Shown one piece after another: positions 13,623 to 28,434 of a DNA stretch of 64,000 nt. The notes beneath the pieces are model-generated. The model did not search any database and was not told the DNA's origin. It worked only from the letters and a program-made list of their open reading frames with translations. The position numbers were made by a program, and so were the translations under genes. Every line of letters starts with the position of its first letter. Positions within the stretch are counted from its first letter, which is position 1. The DNA lies in contig CAXHJY010000864.1 in NCBI GenBank assembly GCA_964016885.1, positions 1 to 64,000 on the forward strand, read 5' to 3'. Origin of the DNA: Eledone cirrhosa. Its lineage: Eukaryota.

Positions 13623-16600
13623 CAGCAGCGAAACTGTCAATAAAACCAATCACATCCACAACATACACCCTCTACCCTACGTACATGGGTAGAAGGACAC
13701 AAAAAATAAAAATTCACACCATCCTTCCGATTATGGGCATATGGTGGGTATTGACAGGTTTCCTGGACCTAGACGATGACACACTAATATCCATGGGAAA
13801 GGCATCGGGTGACGCGTTCAGTGGAACGGGCCTCGAACTTGTAGTTCAAATGAGGCCCGAAAGAATCGCCCAGATCCCTGAACGCGTCATACTGGATGAA
13901 ACAAGCTTTTATCAACATTACCGCTGAGGGTAGGCGGCCCTCGTGTTACCTCTGTGGAGCCAGAGGTCACCTGAGGGCTGTCTGTCCTCAACTTAAATAG
14001 AAAACCCCAATCCTGCCTACACCACCAACAACTGCACAACCACCACAACCACCACTACAAAAACAACAACCACAGCTCAAACCAAAACAAAACACTGTCC
14101 AGCCCCTCGCCCCCCCCCCCCTCCCTACACACACGAAAAAAAAAAACAATTTCCAAAACACCCGTACCGCAAACACAATCCGAAAATCTACCCCTCCCCT
14201 CCAACGCGAAAGATGACCCTCGTTCGTCGTCCGACGAGGAGGAGCACTTCCACACAATCAAAAGAAAAAAAAGAAAACACACCTCAGACACACAAATGAA
14301 AACTACCCCTCCCCAAAACATAACACAGACACCAACACAAAAGAGCACACAACAACAGCAAACAAAAAAAACACCACACAAAAACAGAAACATGCATACA
14401 CATACATAAACACAAGAAATAAAAAAACTGTTAAACATTGTGTAGAACAACAATTTAGTAAAAGCCCAAGGGCCTAACTTCACCCAAGCAGGGGATTTCC
14501 CCCACCTCAAAATGATTAAGGCCCCAGAGGACACATATAAAACACTAAAAAACAACTTTAAAGAGGGCGTTGCAAGCAATGCTTCTAAATGACCTCAGGT
14601 CACAACGTATAGATGTGATGGTTATTTGCGAGGCCCGAATCAGCAACGTGCGACAGCTGGCCCCCACCTTTGATGACTTTGAGATGCACGCATCTCTCTG
14701 TCAGCCCGGAGGTGGGAGTGGAGTTGTCGTTCTGCTGCAAAAACATCTGCGTCTCGCAACATAGACGGGACATTTGGACCCGGAGGGTCGACTAGTGGTT
14801 CTGGACCTTGGCAGTGGTGAAGGCGGAGCGTTTAGGCTGGTAGCCGTCTTCGGCCCTTTCGAGTCAACGCGGCCGGACTTCTTCCATCGTCTGGAGACTT
14901 TTCTAGCTCCTTGCTATTAGTGGGGGACTGGAATTGTATCCTAGATGCACGTTGGGACTACATAGGGGCCTGTCCCGATAGAGAGGGGTGTAACAGCCTC
15001 AAAGGGTTAATCGGTCGATTTCACCTGGCCGATAGATATCGACTAGATTTTCCGAGTGCGCCAACCTGGACTTGGGCAAACCGCAACGGATCATCTAGGT
15101 CGTACCTAGATAGGTTCTTAGTTAGAAATAAGGATAAGGACTTTTTAAGTTGTCCAAAAATGCTCATGGTTGGCTATTCAGACCACAAGTTAGTGACCTG
15201 CATGGTCAACCTTGACAGAACGCATAGACAGGGACCCGGTTACTGGAAGCTCAACTTGTCCTTACCGGCAAGTAAGGCTTACAGGGACCGGATTAACACT
15301 TTAGTTAAGGAGCGGTTGACGGGCGCCATCGTCAACAGCACGTGGTGGGGATCTCTCAATAGAGTAGTCTCTATAGAATTTAGTAAGGAGTTAGCCTAAA
15401 ATAGAAATAGGAAGGAAAGGGAGTTGGTAGATAGTGTAGAAGAGGCAATTAGAAGCGGCGAAGTGGCCAGAGTGCTAGCGTAGAGAACGGCCCTGGGCCA
15501 GTTCTTCGACGCGAAACACGAAGGCTGCATCGTCCGAAGCAAAATACGTGCTCTGGGAAACGAGGGGACCAAAACTGTTAGTTGGGCCCGCGTGACAGAA
15601 GCCAAAAGAGGGAGTAGATGCACTATCTGGTCTTTGCGAGACCAGGATGGACGGGGGATCCTTGAACCTAAGCAGATGTGCGAGGCTTTTCAAAAGCACT
15701 TTGCCAGATTGTTCGGAAGGGGCGGGGAACCGGTTGGGGAAGTGGACTTCGGTCCATACCTCGACGGCCTGCCGCGCCTCTCGGACAGGGAGGCGAAGTC
15801 CTGCGAGGAGCCGATTTCAGCCGCTGAGATAGAGGACGTGCTGAGCCAATGCGGCAAACGCAAGTCCCCGGGTCTCGATGGTCTTCCATACGAATTATAT
15901 CTAGCTATGCCGGACTTGTTCCCCGATTTCCTTGAGGTGGTCTACTGCAGCTGGCAACATAACGGGAGAATTCCCTGTGCTGTGACCAAGGGTGTAGTCA
16001 CGCTAGTGAGGAAGGACGAGAACAAGGGGGACGATATAAATAATTTCAGGCCCATAACTCTGCTAAATACAGAGTTACAGATTTTGGCCAAGGTGCTAGC
16101 AAAGAGGTTGGCGCTTGTCTTGAGAAACCTGGTGGGAGATGCGCAGACATGTGCTATCCCGTCCAGGCCCATCCACGACAACCTCCACCTCATGCGATAC
16201 ATCATAGAGAGGGTTGGGAACGAACCCGCTTTGGTGGGGCCCTGATCAACTTGGATCAATCTAATGCGTTCGATAGGGTCGACCATGGTTACCTGGAGGC
16301 GGTGCTAACGGCCGCAGGTTTCGGACCTGTTTTCAGGGGCTGGATCACTGCCATGCACAGCAGCCGCATCTGCTCTAGGGTCAAGGTGAACGGCTACCTC
16401 TCGGAGCCGTTCGAAATCGCGCGCTCCATCCGACAAGGGTGCCCCCTCTTCTCCTCCCTTCTGTATGTAGTGACTCTAGAGCCACTGCTGCGGAAGTTGG
16501 AGTTGTTGCAGGGCATCCCGTTAGAACCGGGATTGCGGAAAGCGGTGTCGGCCTACGCCGACGACATAACAGTGATGGTGTCGACGGCCTCGGAAATCGG

Positions 16601-18201
16601 CGCGATCGGCACCTTACTGGAGGAGTACGAAAGGTTTACAGGGACGAAGCTGAACCGGGACAAGTCGATCGGTTTGCAACTCGGCACGTGGAGGGGCAGA
16701 TCGATGCCCTCCGATGGCGTCGTCGGGCGCTGGACGGAGGGCCCGGTGAAGTTGCTCGGGGTCTGGTTCGGACCAGACCTCCAGGTGGAGAAGAACTGGG
16801 GTGAGGTAACGAACAGGGTGTTTGCACTGACCCAGAAGTGGGCCGAGTGCAAACTGTCCCTGAAAGGTCGGGCGGAGGTGGCGAACACTTATATAGCGTC
16901 CGTCATCCACAACCGCATGACCGTCGTGTCTTGCCCAAGGGAAACGCTCGCCAAAATGGAGCGCGCACTCTTCCAATTCCTTTGGAAGAAGCGGGCTCCT
17001 ATGGTGAGGAGATCCATCTGCTGTCAACACCCTTCGAAAGGAGGGCTGTGGATGCCGTGGCTAATGATACGTAAACACGCATTAAGGCTACGGCACCTCC
17101 AGGTATTCCTCACCGGTCAACCGGTGTGGGCCACGTTTGTGAGGCGAGCCTTTTCCAGACTCGTCTCGCTCACCGAGTTGCAATCCTGGGTCAAGCAAAG
17201 ACCGAGAAAACTGGGCGCCTGGCACACCGAGTGTGCCCACGTTCTCACGGCTCTCTGGCAGGCGGACCCGGCTGTCAGTGGAGAATCCACCTCGTCATTC
17301 TATAGAGGGCTGGTGGTTAGCAGGTGCGACGACGCCCTCGGAGAAGCCCTAGGCATGGAGGAAGACGAACTGGTCAACCTGTTCGGTAGGACATTCAGCC
17401 CGGGACCCATGGATAACTTCCAGAGGTCCCTGGCCTGGCAGTGCTACCGAGGGGCTCTGCCCGTTCGAGAAAGGATCTACAGACACGGGCGCCCGGGTAG
17501 GGACCCCTCGAAAAAGATCTATCCCAGATGCGTGTGCAACGAGGAAACCGTTGCACACGCATTGGTACACTGCTCGGGCATTGCCGATCTGTAGGGGTTA
17601 TGTCGAACAACTGCTGTAAAGGGTGGGACCGATCCGGTTGACCACCGAATCGATTGTAACCATCAAGCCGCCTCCCCTCTTCAAATACGAAAAGAGGCGG
17701 TGTTTCTGTGCGTAATAGCCATGGCGAAAGAGGTTGTATGGTGGACGCGTCCGAAAGGACTGAAGTCAGACACCTTTCTCTCTGGCCAACAACTGGTCCG
17801 TTTCTTCCGATATCATTTCGGAAGAAGGATCAGGATGGAGAGAGAGGTGCTGCACCCCAGCCGTTTTTATGAAAGATGGGTGAAAGTGGCGAGAATGGCC
17901 CGTGTGAATTGGCCTTCACTCTACATCAGACTATAGGTGAGGAAGATGAAAGATCAAGGGAGAACCCCCTCTCTGTGCTCCTGAGGAGAAGGGTTGCACA
18001 CTTTCTCGGGGGGGGGCGACCCCCCAAGGCGCCTCCGCCCTATTGAGGATTTTGTTATAAAATTTATTTTTGTTATATTTTATATTTTATATTTTTATAT
18101 TTTGTTATTGCCTCCTCCTTATTGAAGACGCCTTTTTATGTAAACTCGCCCCATTGTACTTGTCCCACTCTTTGATGCCCTGGTGGCAAATAAAAGAAAG
18201 T
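13623..18201 (+). mobile_element. Decayed Tx1/L1-clade non-LTR retrotransposon (5'-truncated ORF1, ORF2 APE endonuclease-RT-zinc finger)
   Basis: ORF1 knuckle CYLCGARGHLRAVC at 13944-13985; APE motifs GDWN, LDRFL, SDH, GPGYWKLN; RT motifs KSPGLDGLPYE, FRPITLLN, AFDRVDH, RQGCP, YADD; C-terminal C..EETVAHALVHC; AATAAA at the 3' end; many stops and frameshifts. Confidence 0.95.
14560..17936 (+). pseudogene. Tx1-like ORF2 pseudogene (endonuclease/reverse transcriptase)
   Basis: Collinear ORF fragments 14570-14764, 14911-15399, 15592-16245, 16149-17594, 17700-17936. Confidence 0.9.
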
Positions 18202-18236
18202 TATCTATATATGTATATATATATATATATATATAT

Positions 18237-18453
18237 AAAGAGAAAGAGAGGAAAGGGGTACTCATTCTTCGTACTGCTGGAGATGAGGGTTGCACATTTT
18301 TTCGGGGGTATATGTTATTCATATGTAATGTTTCCCCCTATTGGGGAAAATCAACTAGTTTTTAAATTGCATTTGTGATAATATTTTACACGTTTATATT
18401 GTATGTAATCTTCCCCTTCTTTTGTGCCCCTGTGGCTAATAAAGAAACATATC
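18237..18453 (+). mobile_element. Tx1 subfamily 3' UTR fragment
   Basis: Ends GTGGCTAATAAAGAAACATATC; matches the reverse complement of 37654-37880. Confidence 0.85.
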
Positions 18454-18663
18454 ATCTCTCCCGGTGATTTTGGATGGCCATTGACTCTTAAGAGCTCCTT
18501 TGCCCTTTGACAGGTTTTGTTTTTAGTCCTGCAGTATGTCCAAAGTCACCCTCCTCACCAAGAAACCTTGGTGGGGTTGCCAGTTTAGTCGCCAATGACC
18601 CGACCATGAGACAGGTTGTACTGGGATACATGTTACCAGTAGCACCAACTGGTGACCTGACAT
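18453..18663 (-). mobile_element. 5' part of non-autonomous RTE-like derivative
   Basis: Near-identical to 34515-34731. Confidence 0.75.
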
Positions 18664-18857
18664 ACATACATACATACATATATACATACATACATATACA
18701 TACATTATATATATACATACATTATATATACATACATTATATATACATACATTATATATACATATATATATACATACATACATTATATATACATATATAT
18801 ATACATACATACATTATATATACATACATTATATATACATATATATATACATACATA

Positions 18858-18947
<90 letters not shown>

Positions 18948-19211
18948 CATACATACATATATACATACATATATATATACATACATATATACATACATAT
19001 ATATATACATATATACATATATATATATACATATATACATATATACATACATACATATATACATACATACATATATACATACATACATATATACATACAT
19101 ACATATATATATACATACATATACATATATATATATACATATATACATACATACATACATATATATATATACATATATACATACATATATATATATACAT
19201 ATATACATACA

Positions 19212-19247
<36 letters not shown>

Positions 19248-19285
19248 TACATACATATATACATATACATACATATATACATACG

Positions 19286-19317
<32 letters not shown>

Positions 19318-20972
19318 CATATACATACATATATACATATACATACATATATACATATTCATACATATATACATATTTATATATACATACATATATATAT
19401 ATTTATATATACATACATATATATATATTTACATACATATATATACACATATATATATATACATATATATATACATATATATACATATATATATACATAT
19501 ATATACATATATATATATACATATATACATATATATATATACATACATTTATATATATACATACATTTATATACATACATTTATATACATATATACATAT
19601 AGATATATATACATACATTTACATACATATATACATATATACATATTTATATATACATACATATATACATACATATATATATATATTTACATACATATAT
19701 ATATATTTACATACATATATATATATTTACATACATATATATATATTTACATACATATATATATATTTACATACATATATATATATTTACATACATATAT
19801 ATATATATTTACATACATATATATATATATTTACATACATATATATATTTACATACATATATATATTTACATACATATATATATTTACATATATATATTT
19901 ACATACATATATATATACATATATATACATATATATATACATATATATATACATATATATATACATATATATACACATATATATACATATATATATATAC
20001 ATATATGTATACATATATATACATATATGTATATACATATATATACATATATATACATATATATACATATATACATATATATACATATATATACATATAT
20101 ATACATATATATACATATATACATATATATACATATATATACATATATACATATATATACATATATACATATATACATATATACATATATACATATATAT
20201 ATATACATACATACATACATATATACATATATATATATACATACATACATACATATATACATATACATATATATATACATACATATATACATATACATAT
20301 ATATATACATACATATATACATATACATATATATATACATACATATATACATATACATACATATATACATATTCATACATATATACATATTCATACATAT
20401 ATACATATTTATATATACATACATATTCATACATATATACATATTTATATATACATACATATATACATATTTATATATACATACATATATAGATATTTAT
20501 ATATACATACATATATATATATACATACATATATATATTTACATACATATATATATATTTACATACATATATATATATTTACATACATATATATATATTT
20601 ACATACATATATATATTTACATACATATATATATATTTACATACATATATATATATTTACATACATATATATATATTTACATACATATATATATATTTAC
20701 ATACATATATATATTTACATACATATATATATTTACATACATATATATATATTTACATACATATATATATATATTTACATACATATACATATATATACAC
20801 ATATATATACATATATATACATACATTTATATACATATATACATATATATATACATATACATACATATATACATACATACATATATATATATATACATAC
20901 ATATATACATATATATACATATATACATATATATATATACATACATATATACATATATATATATATACATAC

Positions 20973-21005
<33 letters not shown>

Positions 21006-21518
21006 AATTTATAAATTTATAATAAATTGAAGTGAAAGCAACTGGTGCGTGTGTTTCTTATTGGCAACATGACCCTCCCAAAGTATAACAATATATATAT
21101 ATGTATATATATTTGTGTATATATATATATATATATATACACATATATATGTGCGTGTCTGTGTGTGAGGCATGTATATATATATATATCTATTAAGTTA
21201 TATATACATAGTTATTTTAATTTGTATATATTACAAATATACTAAAACTTATGATAGATATATATATAAACATCATATATATACTTATATATGAATATCA
21301 TATATATACATATATGAATATCATATATATACTTATATATGAATATCATATATATACTTATATATGAACATCATATATATACTTATATATGAATATCATA
21401 TATACATATATGAATATCATATATATACATATATATACATATATGAATATCATATATATATATATATATATCATATATATATATATATATATCATATATA
21501 TATTTATATATGAATATC

Positions 21519-21549
<31 letters not shown>

Positions 21550-21961
21550 TCATATATATATGAATATCATATATATATTTATATATGAATATCATATATA
21601 TATATATATATATATAAATATCATATATATATATATATATATAAATATCATATATATATATATATGAATATCATATATATATATATATGAATATCATATA
21701 TATATTTATATATAAATATCATATATATATATATATATATAAATATCATATATATATATATATATATATATAAATATCATATATATATATATATATAAAT
21801 ATCATATATATATATATATATATAAATATCATATATATATATATATATATATAAATATCATATATATATATATATATATGAATATCATATATATACATAT
21901 ATATGAATATCATATATATATATGAATATCATACATACATACATACATATATATGAATATC

Positions 21962-21990
<29 letters not shown>
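18664..21990. repeat. (TA)/(TACA)n compound microsatellite field
   Basis: Direct reading. Confidence 0.95.
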
Positions 21991-21998
<8 letters not shown>

Positions 21999-22621
21999 TT
22001 GTTTATATATAAGAGAGTGTATGTCTGTGTCTATATACATGTATATATTCGTGTGTACGTACGTATACACACACATTATATATATATATATATATATGTT
22101 ATGCATGCATGCACGCAACTATGTATAAATTTCGTTTATAAATATTTTGCGATAGAGTGGTGCAGCGGGAATTCCTGCAAGACATATTTAGACAAAGGCT
22201 GAACACAACAAATGATATGAGAATGGAATTATAAGCTATAGAATGGTGAGGCGTGAGAGGCATTTAGACATGGTGAGAAATTCAAACAGAACTCGAAATA
22301 TATATAATAAACACGCCATGGAGACGAAGGTATGACATTATGTTTAAAAAATCCACGTCGTAATTGCATATAGAGGTATGGTGTTGTTGTTGTGGTGGTG
22401 GTTGTTGCTATATTTTTTTCTGTTATAGCTTGTGTGTAAAATTTGGTACACAGAGGCTGTGCTGAAGCCCTTCGTATTTGAATACACACACACACACACA
22501 CACACACTCACACACAGAGACTCGGCCAGCGAGCAATGTAGCAACACCCTACTACGTCTGTCTCTCGGTCAAAAGCATACCACACACTTTTTTCCTCTTT
22601 GTTTGTTTGCTTAAAGCTTAC

Positions 22622-22696
22622 CATCATTCCGTTGGTATACATCTATTACGCAATTTACACCCGATGAGGTCACCGGGATCTTACGCAACCCGGCCA
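22622..22696 (-). CDS. Candidate internal exon (75 nt, phase 1/1): AGLRKIPVTSSGVNCVIDVYQRND
   Basis: Acceptor catttcag, donor G|gtaagc, one open frame, unique sequence; protein not recognised. Confidence 0.45.
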
Positions 22697-22836
22697 CTGA
22701 AATGTGTATAGTATTTACATTGATGAAAAAAAAATTAAAGAAATTCAACATATTTGGCCTCCTGACATTTCACTTTTTAATTTATATACATACATAGATA
22801 GATTGATGAAAAAAAAAAAATATATATATATATATA

Positions 22837-23057
22837 ACGAAGGAAATGTGGTAAGGAACCAGATGGACCATAACGCACCAAAGTACTCAATACTTAGGGT
22901 AGTAGAGTGGGTAATAGGAACGAGTAGGACCCCGACGGCTGAGCTCAAGCCGTTTCGACGGCTAATTCTGGACTAAAAATGTTTTGTTTTCTTTTTTTTT
23001 TAGTCCAGAATTAGCCGTCGAAACGGTTTGAGCTCAGCCGTCGGGGTCCTACTCGTT

Positions 23058-23062
<5 letters not shown>
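22837..23062 (-). mobile_element. Fold-back element family A
   Basis: 66-bp inverted arms 22914-22979 / 22997-23062 with one mismatch; tail 22837-22913 matches 1-57 and 4394-4470; (TA)n flanks. Confidence 0.8.
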
Positions 23063-23094
<32 letters not shown>

Positions 23095-23096
<2 letters not shown>

Positions 23097-26000
23097 AAGG
23101 CGGGTAAAATTCCAGAGATCCATGGACGAGTTCTCTCCAGCGGTCTCTGTCCCTCATTATCGCTGCCATGTCCTGCGTCTCCAACAGACCAGTGTCTGTC
23201 CTTAGGGCATCAACATACGTTAACCTTGGTCTTCCTCATCTAGTGTGTCCATGTAGGGGCTCCCAAAGGAGCACTGAGTGCAATGTCAACTCTGGATGTC
23301 GGTGAGCATGTCCAGCTAACCTCAGTCTTCTCTGTGTCACTTTTGAGCTGACTTTTGGGATGCTCCCATACAGCTCTGAGTTTTTCATCCTCAGTGTATA
23401 CTGATTAATGTTCAGAGCCATCCTCAACATTCTCGTGTAGCACCCATCCACCATCTGAGTGAATTTCTTGGTCAGTGTCCAAGTCTCAGACCCATACAGC
23501 AGCACAGACTCCACTACAGCAATGAAGAGGCGGACTTTCAGGTCTCTATGAAGGTCCGACTTCCACACCGATCTCAAGCTGTGGCACGCCGCCCAGGCCT
23601 TGCTCTTCCTCTCAACCACATCATCTTCTGTATTCCCAATCTTTGCTCCCAAATACAGGAAGCTCTCAACCAATTCTAGCGGCTTCCCGCCTACATTAGT
23701 GATCCCCTCTGGCTTCTCAACATTCTCTACCAGATATTTTGTTTTAGTCTCATTCATTCTCAGCCCCACACTCATCGACACAGTCTCAACCTCTCGCATC
23801 AAATCCTCTGCCTCCTTCACTGTATTTGTCACCAAAACTATGTCGTCGGCAAATTCAGCATCCGATACCTTTTTCGCCCTAACTCTCCTGCTCTGAGCCG
23901 GTGCTACAGTAAAGCCAGAGTCCTGGTGTTTCTCCAGTGCAAGGCGCATACAATAGTCCACTACGATGATAAAAAGGTAGGGAGCCAATGTATCACCCTG
24001 GAGCACTCCAGCCAGTATCTCAAAGAACTCTGTCATCCCATCAGGTGTAATGACTTGGGCTTTGGTGTTGGTGTAGAGCAGTGATATCAGGTCCACTATC
24101 TTCTTGGGGATTCCATAAGCCTGTAAGATCTTCATCAGGCAGTAACGGTCCACAGAATCAAAGGCCTTCCTAAAGTCAATGAAAACCATGACCGCAGGAA
24201 GGCACTTTGCTCTAGCTCCCTCTAATATCCTCCTCAGCATCAGGATGTGACTGGTGGTTGATCTACCCTCTCTGAAGCCGTTCTGGTTGTCCCTGAGCTT
24301 ATTCTCTATCTCAGGCTGGATCCTGTTAAGAATCATCCTGTTGAGGGTCTTTTCCACAAGTGACGTCAGTGAGATCCCCCTGTAGTTGTTGGTGTTAGAG
24401 AGATCTCCCTTCCTTGGCACTGGGACGATGTTACTGATCCTCCACTGATTCGGGGCAACTCCCTTCTCCAGTGCCCCGTTACAGAACCCCAGGATGATAT
24501 CATCAAAATCACACCTCTTCATCACCTCTGATGCCACTCCATCTTATCCATAAGCCTTGCCCTCCTTGATCCTCTTCTTGGCTCTCTGAAGCCCCTCTCT
24601 GGTGAGGGGCTCTGTCTCAACATCCATTTCCTCAAACAGCCGCCTGATCTCCCCAGTGCTCTGGGCTGTAAATGGTGGCTCTCCTAGTAGGGTCCTAAAA
24701 TGGTCTAGCCATTTCCTCTTCCTATCCTCGGGCGCCGTTCCCTGGATCTGACTCGAACACCTTCTCTTCCTCCCTGTGATCTCGTTGATGATCATCCAGC
24801 TCTCCTTACATCCAGATCTGTCAACCGCTCTCTCCACACTTCTGATCTTCTCTATCAGTGCCTCCTCTCTGACCTCAGTGTTAGCAGTACAGAGTTCTTC
24901 CCTCATCACCTCCACAGTCTCCATCCTCTCCTCCGTAGGATCAGCATAGAATTGGTCCTTGGCAGCCTTCAGGTGTTCTCTGGCTGCACACACTTTTGGG
25001 TTTGCAGAGCTGACGTGCTTCCCTTTGTTCTTTTTCCTCGGCACCAGGGTTTCACTTGCTTCCGCCATTGCATTGGTGAAGTGTCCGTACCTCCTCGTCA
25101 CACTCTCCTCAGTCCATCCAATCTCTCTCTCCTCTGACTCTCCACACAGAGCACTAAACCTGTTTCTCACTTCCACTGTGAACCTCTCCTGTAGCTTATC
25201 ATCTTCCTTGAAAGCTCCCCAGTCATAGATTGCTCTCCGGGGCCGAGCCTTGCTCTTTCTTAAGCTCACCCGGACCTCACTCATAACAAGCCGGTGGTCA
25301 CTACCCAGTGTACTGAAATAGCTGTATGGTTCTGTGTTCAGAACACTATTCCGCCACTTTTTCCTCACCAGAATGAAATAAATCTGGGACTTGGACAGGT
25401 GCACATCTGAGATGTAGGTCCACATCTTCCCCAGATTCTTCCTAAACCTTAGGTTGGTCGCCATCAAGTTCGCCTCCAGCAGGGTGTCTCTCAGTAGTCT
25501 TCCATTTCGGTTGGTGTTGTTATGGAAGTACCAGAAAGGATCTTCACTGCCCTCCTTACTCAGATGTGCATTGAAGTCCCCCAAAACAAGCAGGATATTG
25601 TGTGCCTGAGTGGTGTTGACAGCTCTACACACCTCCTCATGGAACTCTTCCGCACTCACATCACTGTCCCCCTCGGTTGGACTATAGGCTGAGATGACTG
25701 TCAGTCTTGGTTTTCCATTGAAGGTCACCCTCAACACTCGCGGGGAGATAGGCATTATTTCCCTCACCAACAGATTGGTTCCTGCACTGAACACAAAACC
25801 CACTCCTCCTACTGCAGCATTTGTTGTGTTCTTCACTGCCGATGTAGTGATGAGCTGGCTCTTCCTCCCGACCATCACACTCCTCACGGGCTCATCGTGT
25901 AGGATCCTGTGTTCTTGGATCGCAAGTATCTGTATACCACTCTCCTCAAACAGATGTCCCAACTCCTCTCTCTTCTCCAGTGTCCGAATAGTCCTCACAT

Positions 26001-26202
26001 TCAAAGTGCCCATTTTGATGGCTCTTCTGCAGGACAAAACTGCATTCTTTATATTTGTCTCAGAGACAGCTGATCCATCATCCACTGGCCCTCTCTGTGG
26101 CTCTAAGCCAGCAGAGTCATAACGACCAGGCTGCTCCTTGACAGTGTAATTAGGGGCTCTAACCCTAGTGCTGTTAGATCGACTCTCCATATTTCTTTTC
26201 AA
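23095..26202 (-). mobile_element. RTE-clade LINE, single long APE-RT frame with two premature stops
   Basis: APE motifs GTLNVRT, IQEHR, AYSPT, GDFNAH, NRNG, SDHRLV; RT motifs YRGISL, QNGFR, DFRKAFD, QGDTL, FADD, YLG, LLYGSETW; in-frame stops at 24544-24546 (KAYG*DG) and 23236-23238 (R*GRP); terminal TAG at 23095-23097 abuts (TA)n. Confidence 0.95.
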
Positions 26203-26722
26203 ATATATATATATAGATAGAGAGAGGGGGGGTGAGAGGGGGGAGAAGGTGAGAGGAGGGGGGATGTGAGATGAGGGGGGGGAAGGTGAGAGGAGGGGGT
26301 GAGAGGAGGGGGAGGGGGAGAGAGAGAGGAGGGGGAGAATGAGAGAGAGAGTGTGTGAGAGTGAAGGAGAGAGGGAGAGTGGAGGAGAGAGGGAGAGTGA
26401 AGGAGAAAGATGATACTAGCTAAGACCAGTAAAACCATTATTTAACTTAAGTACTCAATGCACGGAGAGATGCAGAGTAGAAATAGAGATAGGTAAAATG
26501 CCAACACAATCTCAAACCGCTTGTGTGTGTTTGGTCGTTTTGGGAAACCTTTACAAGGCTGATGAATAAATCTCCGGATGACAAAATCAGGTGGCAGTAG
26601 GAAGAGATGGAATAGAGGAGGAACAGTGTAAATAGGAAAAATGAAATGAAAACTGAATATGAAGTTACCTTCGATTTATTAGACCCTATATTTTGGATGC
26701 CTAATCCTTCATCGTGTGTGTG

Positions 26723-26764
<42 letters not shown>

Positions 26765-26850
26765 TGCAGATTACAAGCCAGTAGAGATAAGGTTAGTGTG
26801 CTCAATGCATATAGATTTATAGGTTAATATGTTATAAAGAATATTTTTTA

Positions 26851-26963
26851 GGCTCTGATGAAAATACTGACACACATTTATTTATTTTTAATGTACTAAT
26901 ATTCGATTTCCAAACCACCTATGTGCATTTTTACTGTGCAGTATTTGAAACAACTTGTCACCC
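26851..26963 (+). ncRNA. Hammerhead motif with long stem-II loop
   Basis: CUGAUGA (26855-26861), AAAUACUG...CAGUAUUU (8-bp stem II), GAAA-CAA-C-UUG-UC, weak stem I, ATTAAA immediately after. Confidence 0.6.
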
Positions 26964-27012
26964 ATTAAATATACTTGTATTGATAAATCTTTGTTGTCTC
27001 TCAAGCATTTTA

Positions 27013-27048
<36 letters not shown>

Positions 27049-27491
27049 ATAATACAAAGATCCCGTTAGGAGTGAAAGCAGCGATTCTTTGCTTAAACAT
27101 TAATCTGTTATTTGAATATATATATATATATATATATACATGTGTGCGTATATATAATACTCAAGAGTGTCAATTGCCTTAATCCGAACTAATACGAACC
27201 TACACCAGGCTCATGCTAACCACGAACTCAACGAAACGTAAACTTTAATCCTAAAATCAACACCTCCCACCCTCCAATCACACATACCACACAAAACATT
27301 AACCTAATTTCAAATGCGTCCTTCAAAATCTTGCTCCCTAAACCTCGCGGCAAAACAACAACCAGCCATTCGTTCCAAATTACTGGTATGGGTGACGATC
27401 GACTTCATCAGGCTACAGCCGTCAAAATCCGATAATTCACACGTATCTAATATATATATGTATATCATTTAAGTGTTATCCACACCTTTAC

Positions 27492-27562
27492 CTTAGTATC
27501 TCTTCTCTCGACGAGCTTTTGCCACCAGAACAACTTTTTTTTTTTGTCTTTTCCGCCGCCAT
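27492..27562 (-). CDS. Candidate first coding exon MAAEKTKKKSCSGGKSSSREEIL
   Basis: AAAATGGCGGCG start context, open frame to donor AG|gtaaag (phase 2). Confidence 0.4.
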
Positions 27563-27988
27563 TTTACAATGTGACTTTTCTGAGGTTTTTTTTCTAGGAT
27601 TTATCTCAACTATTCTTGCAAGATATTGTCTGCACTTGTAATGTGCAGTGTACAGTTGTTGTCTTCTTGTTTCTGTTGTGTAGTGTATCAGTGTATGTGT
27701 GTGTTTTCAAGCGTGTGTGTGTGTGTGTGTGTGCGTGTTTGCAAGTGTGTATGTTTACAAGTGTGCATGTATGTATGTGTGCGTGTGAGTGCATATGTGT
27801 GCGTGCATGAATGTGCGCGCGTGCATGTGCGCGCGTGCATGTGCGCGCGTGCATGTGTGCGCGTGCATGTGTGCGCGTGCATGTGTGCGCGTGCATGTGT
27901 GCGCGTGCTGGTGTGCGCGTGCATGTATGTGTGTTTGCAAATGTGTGTGTGTGTGTGTGTTTGCAAGTGCGTGTGTGTGTGTTTGCAA

Positions 27989-28027
<39 letters not shown>

Positions 28028-28434
28028 AAAGTATGTGTGTGTTTTGTTTGATTTTTTTTTTCAGATGTTTTACTGATCGTGTTGCTATCATCGTTCTAAT
28101 GTTGTTGTTGTTGGTGTTGGTGTATCACTTTCTGTCAGTGTGTGTGCGTGTGTGTGAGTGTGCGTGTGTGCGAGTGCGCGTGTTTTGGTTTTACGAAGTA
28201 TGTGTATGTATTCGAGGTTCATTGGTAATGCTGCTGCTGTTGGCGATGATGATGATGATAAACGGAAGGTGGAGGAGGAGGAAGAGGATGAGGAGGTGAC
28301 TGTGAGGTGGTGGTGGTGGAGGTATATTAATAAAATGACTGATGAACCCACCTGAGGGGAGTTTTTAACCTTGAATTGCGAGGATAATGTTAGTTTATTG
28401 AAAGTTTTCTAGTCAGTATATTTACCTTCTGGTA

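Noticed and set aside
13615-18209. 8-bp TSD tatctata around the large Tx1 copy
   Set aside because: Low-complexity match expected by chance in TA-rich flanks
23236-23238. Selenocysteine or readthrough TGA in the RTE ORF
   Set aside because: Simply explained as an Arg-codon-to-TGA mutation; the other stop is TAA and there is no 3' UTR for a SECIS
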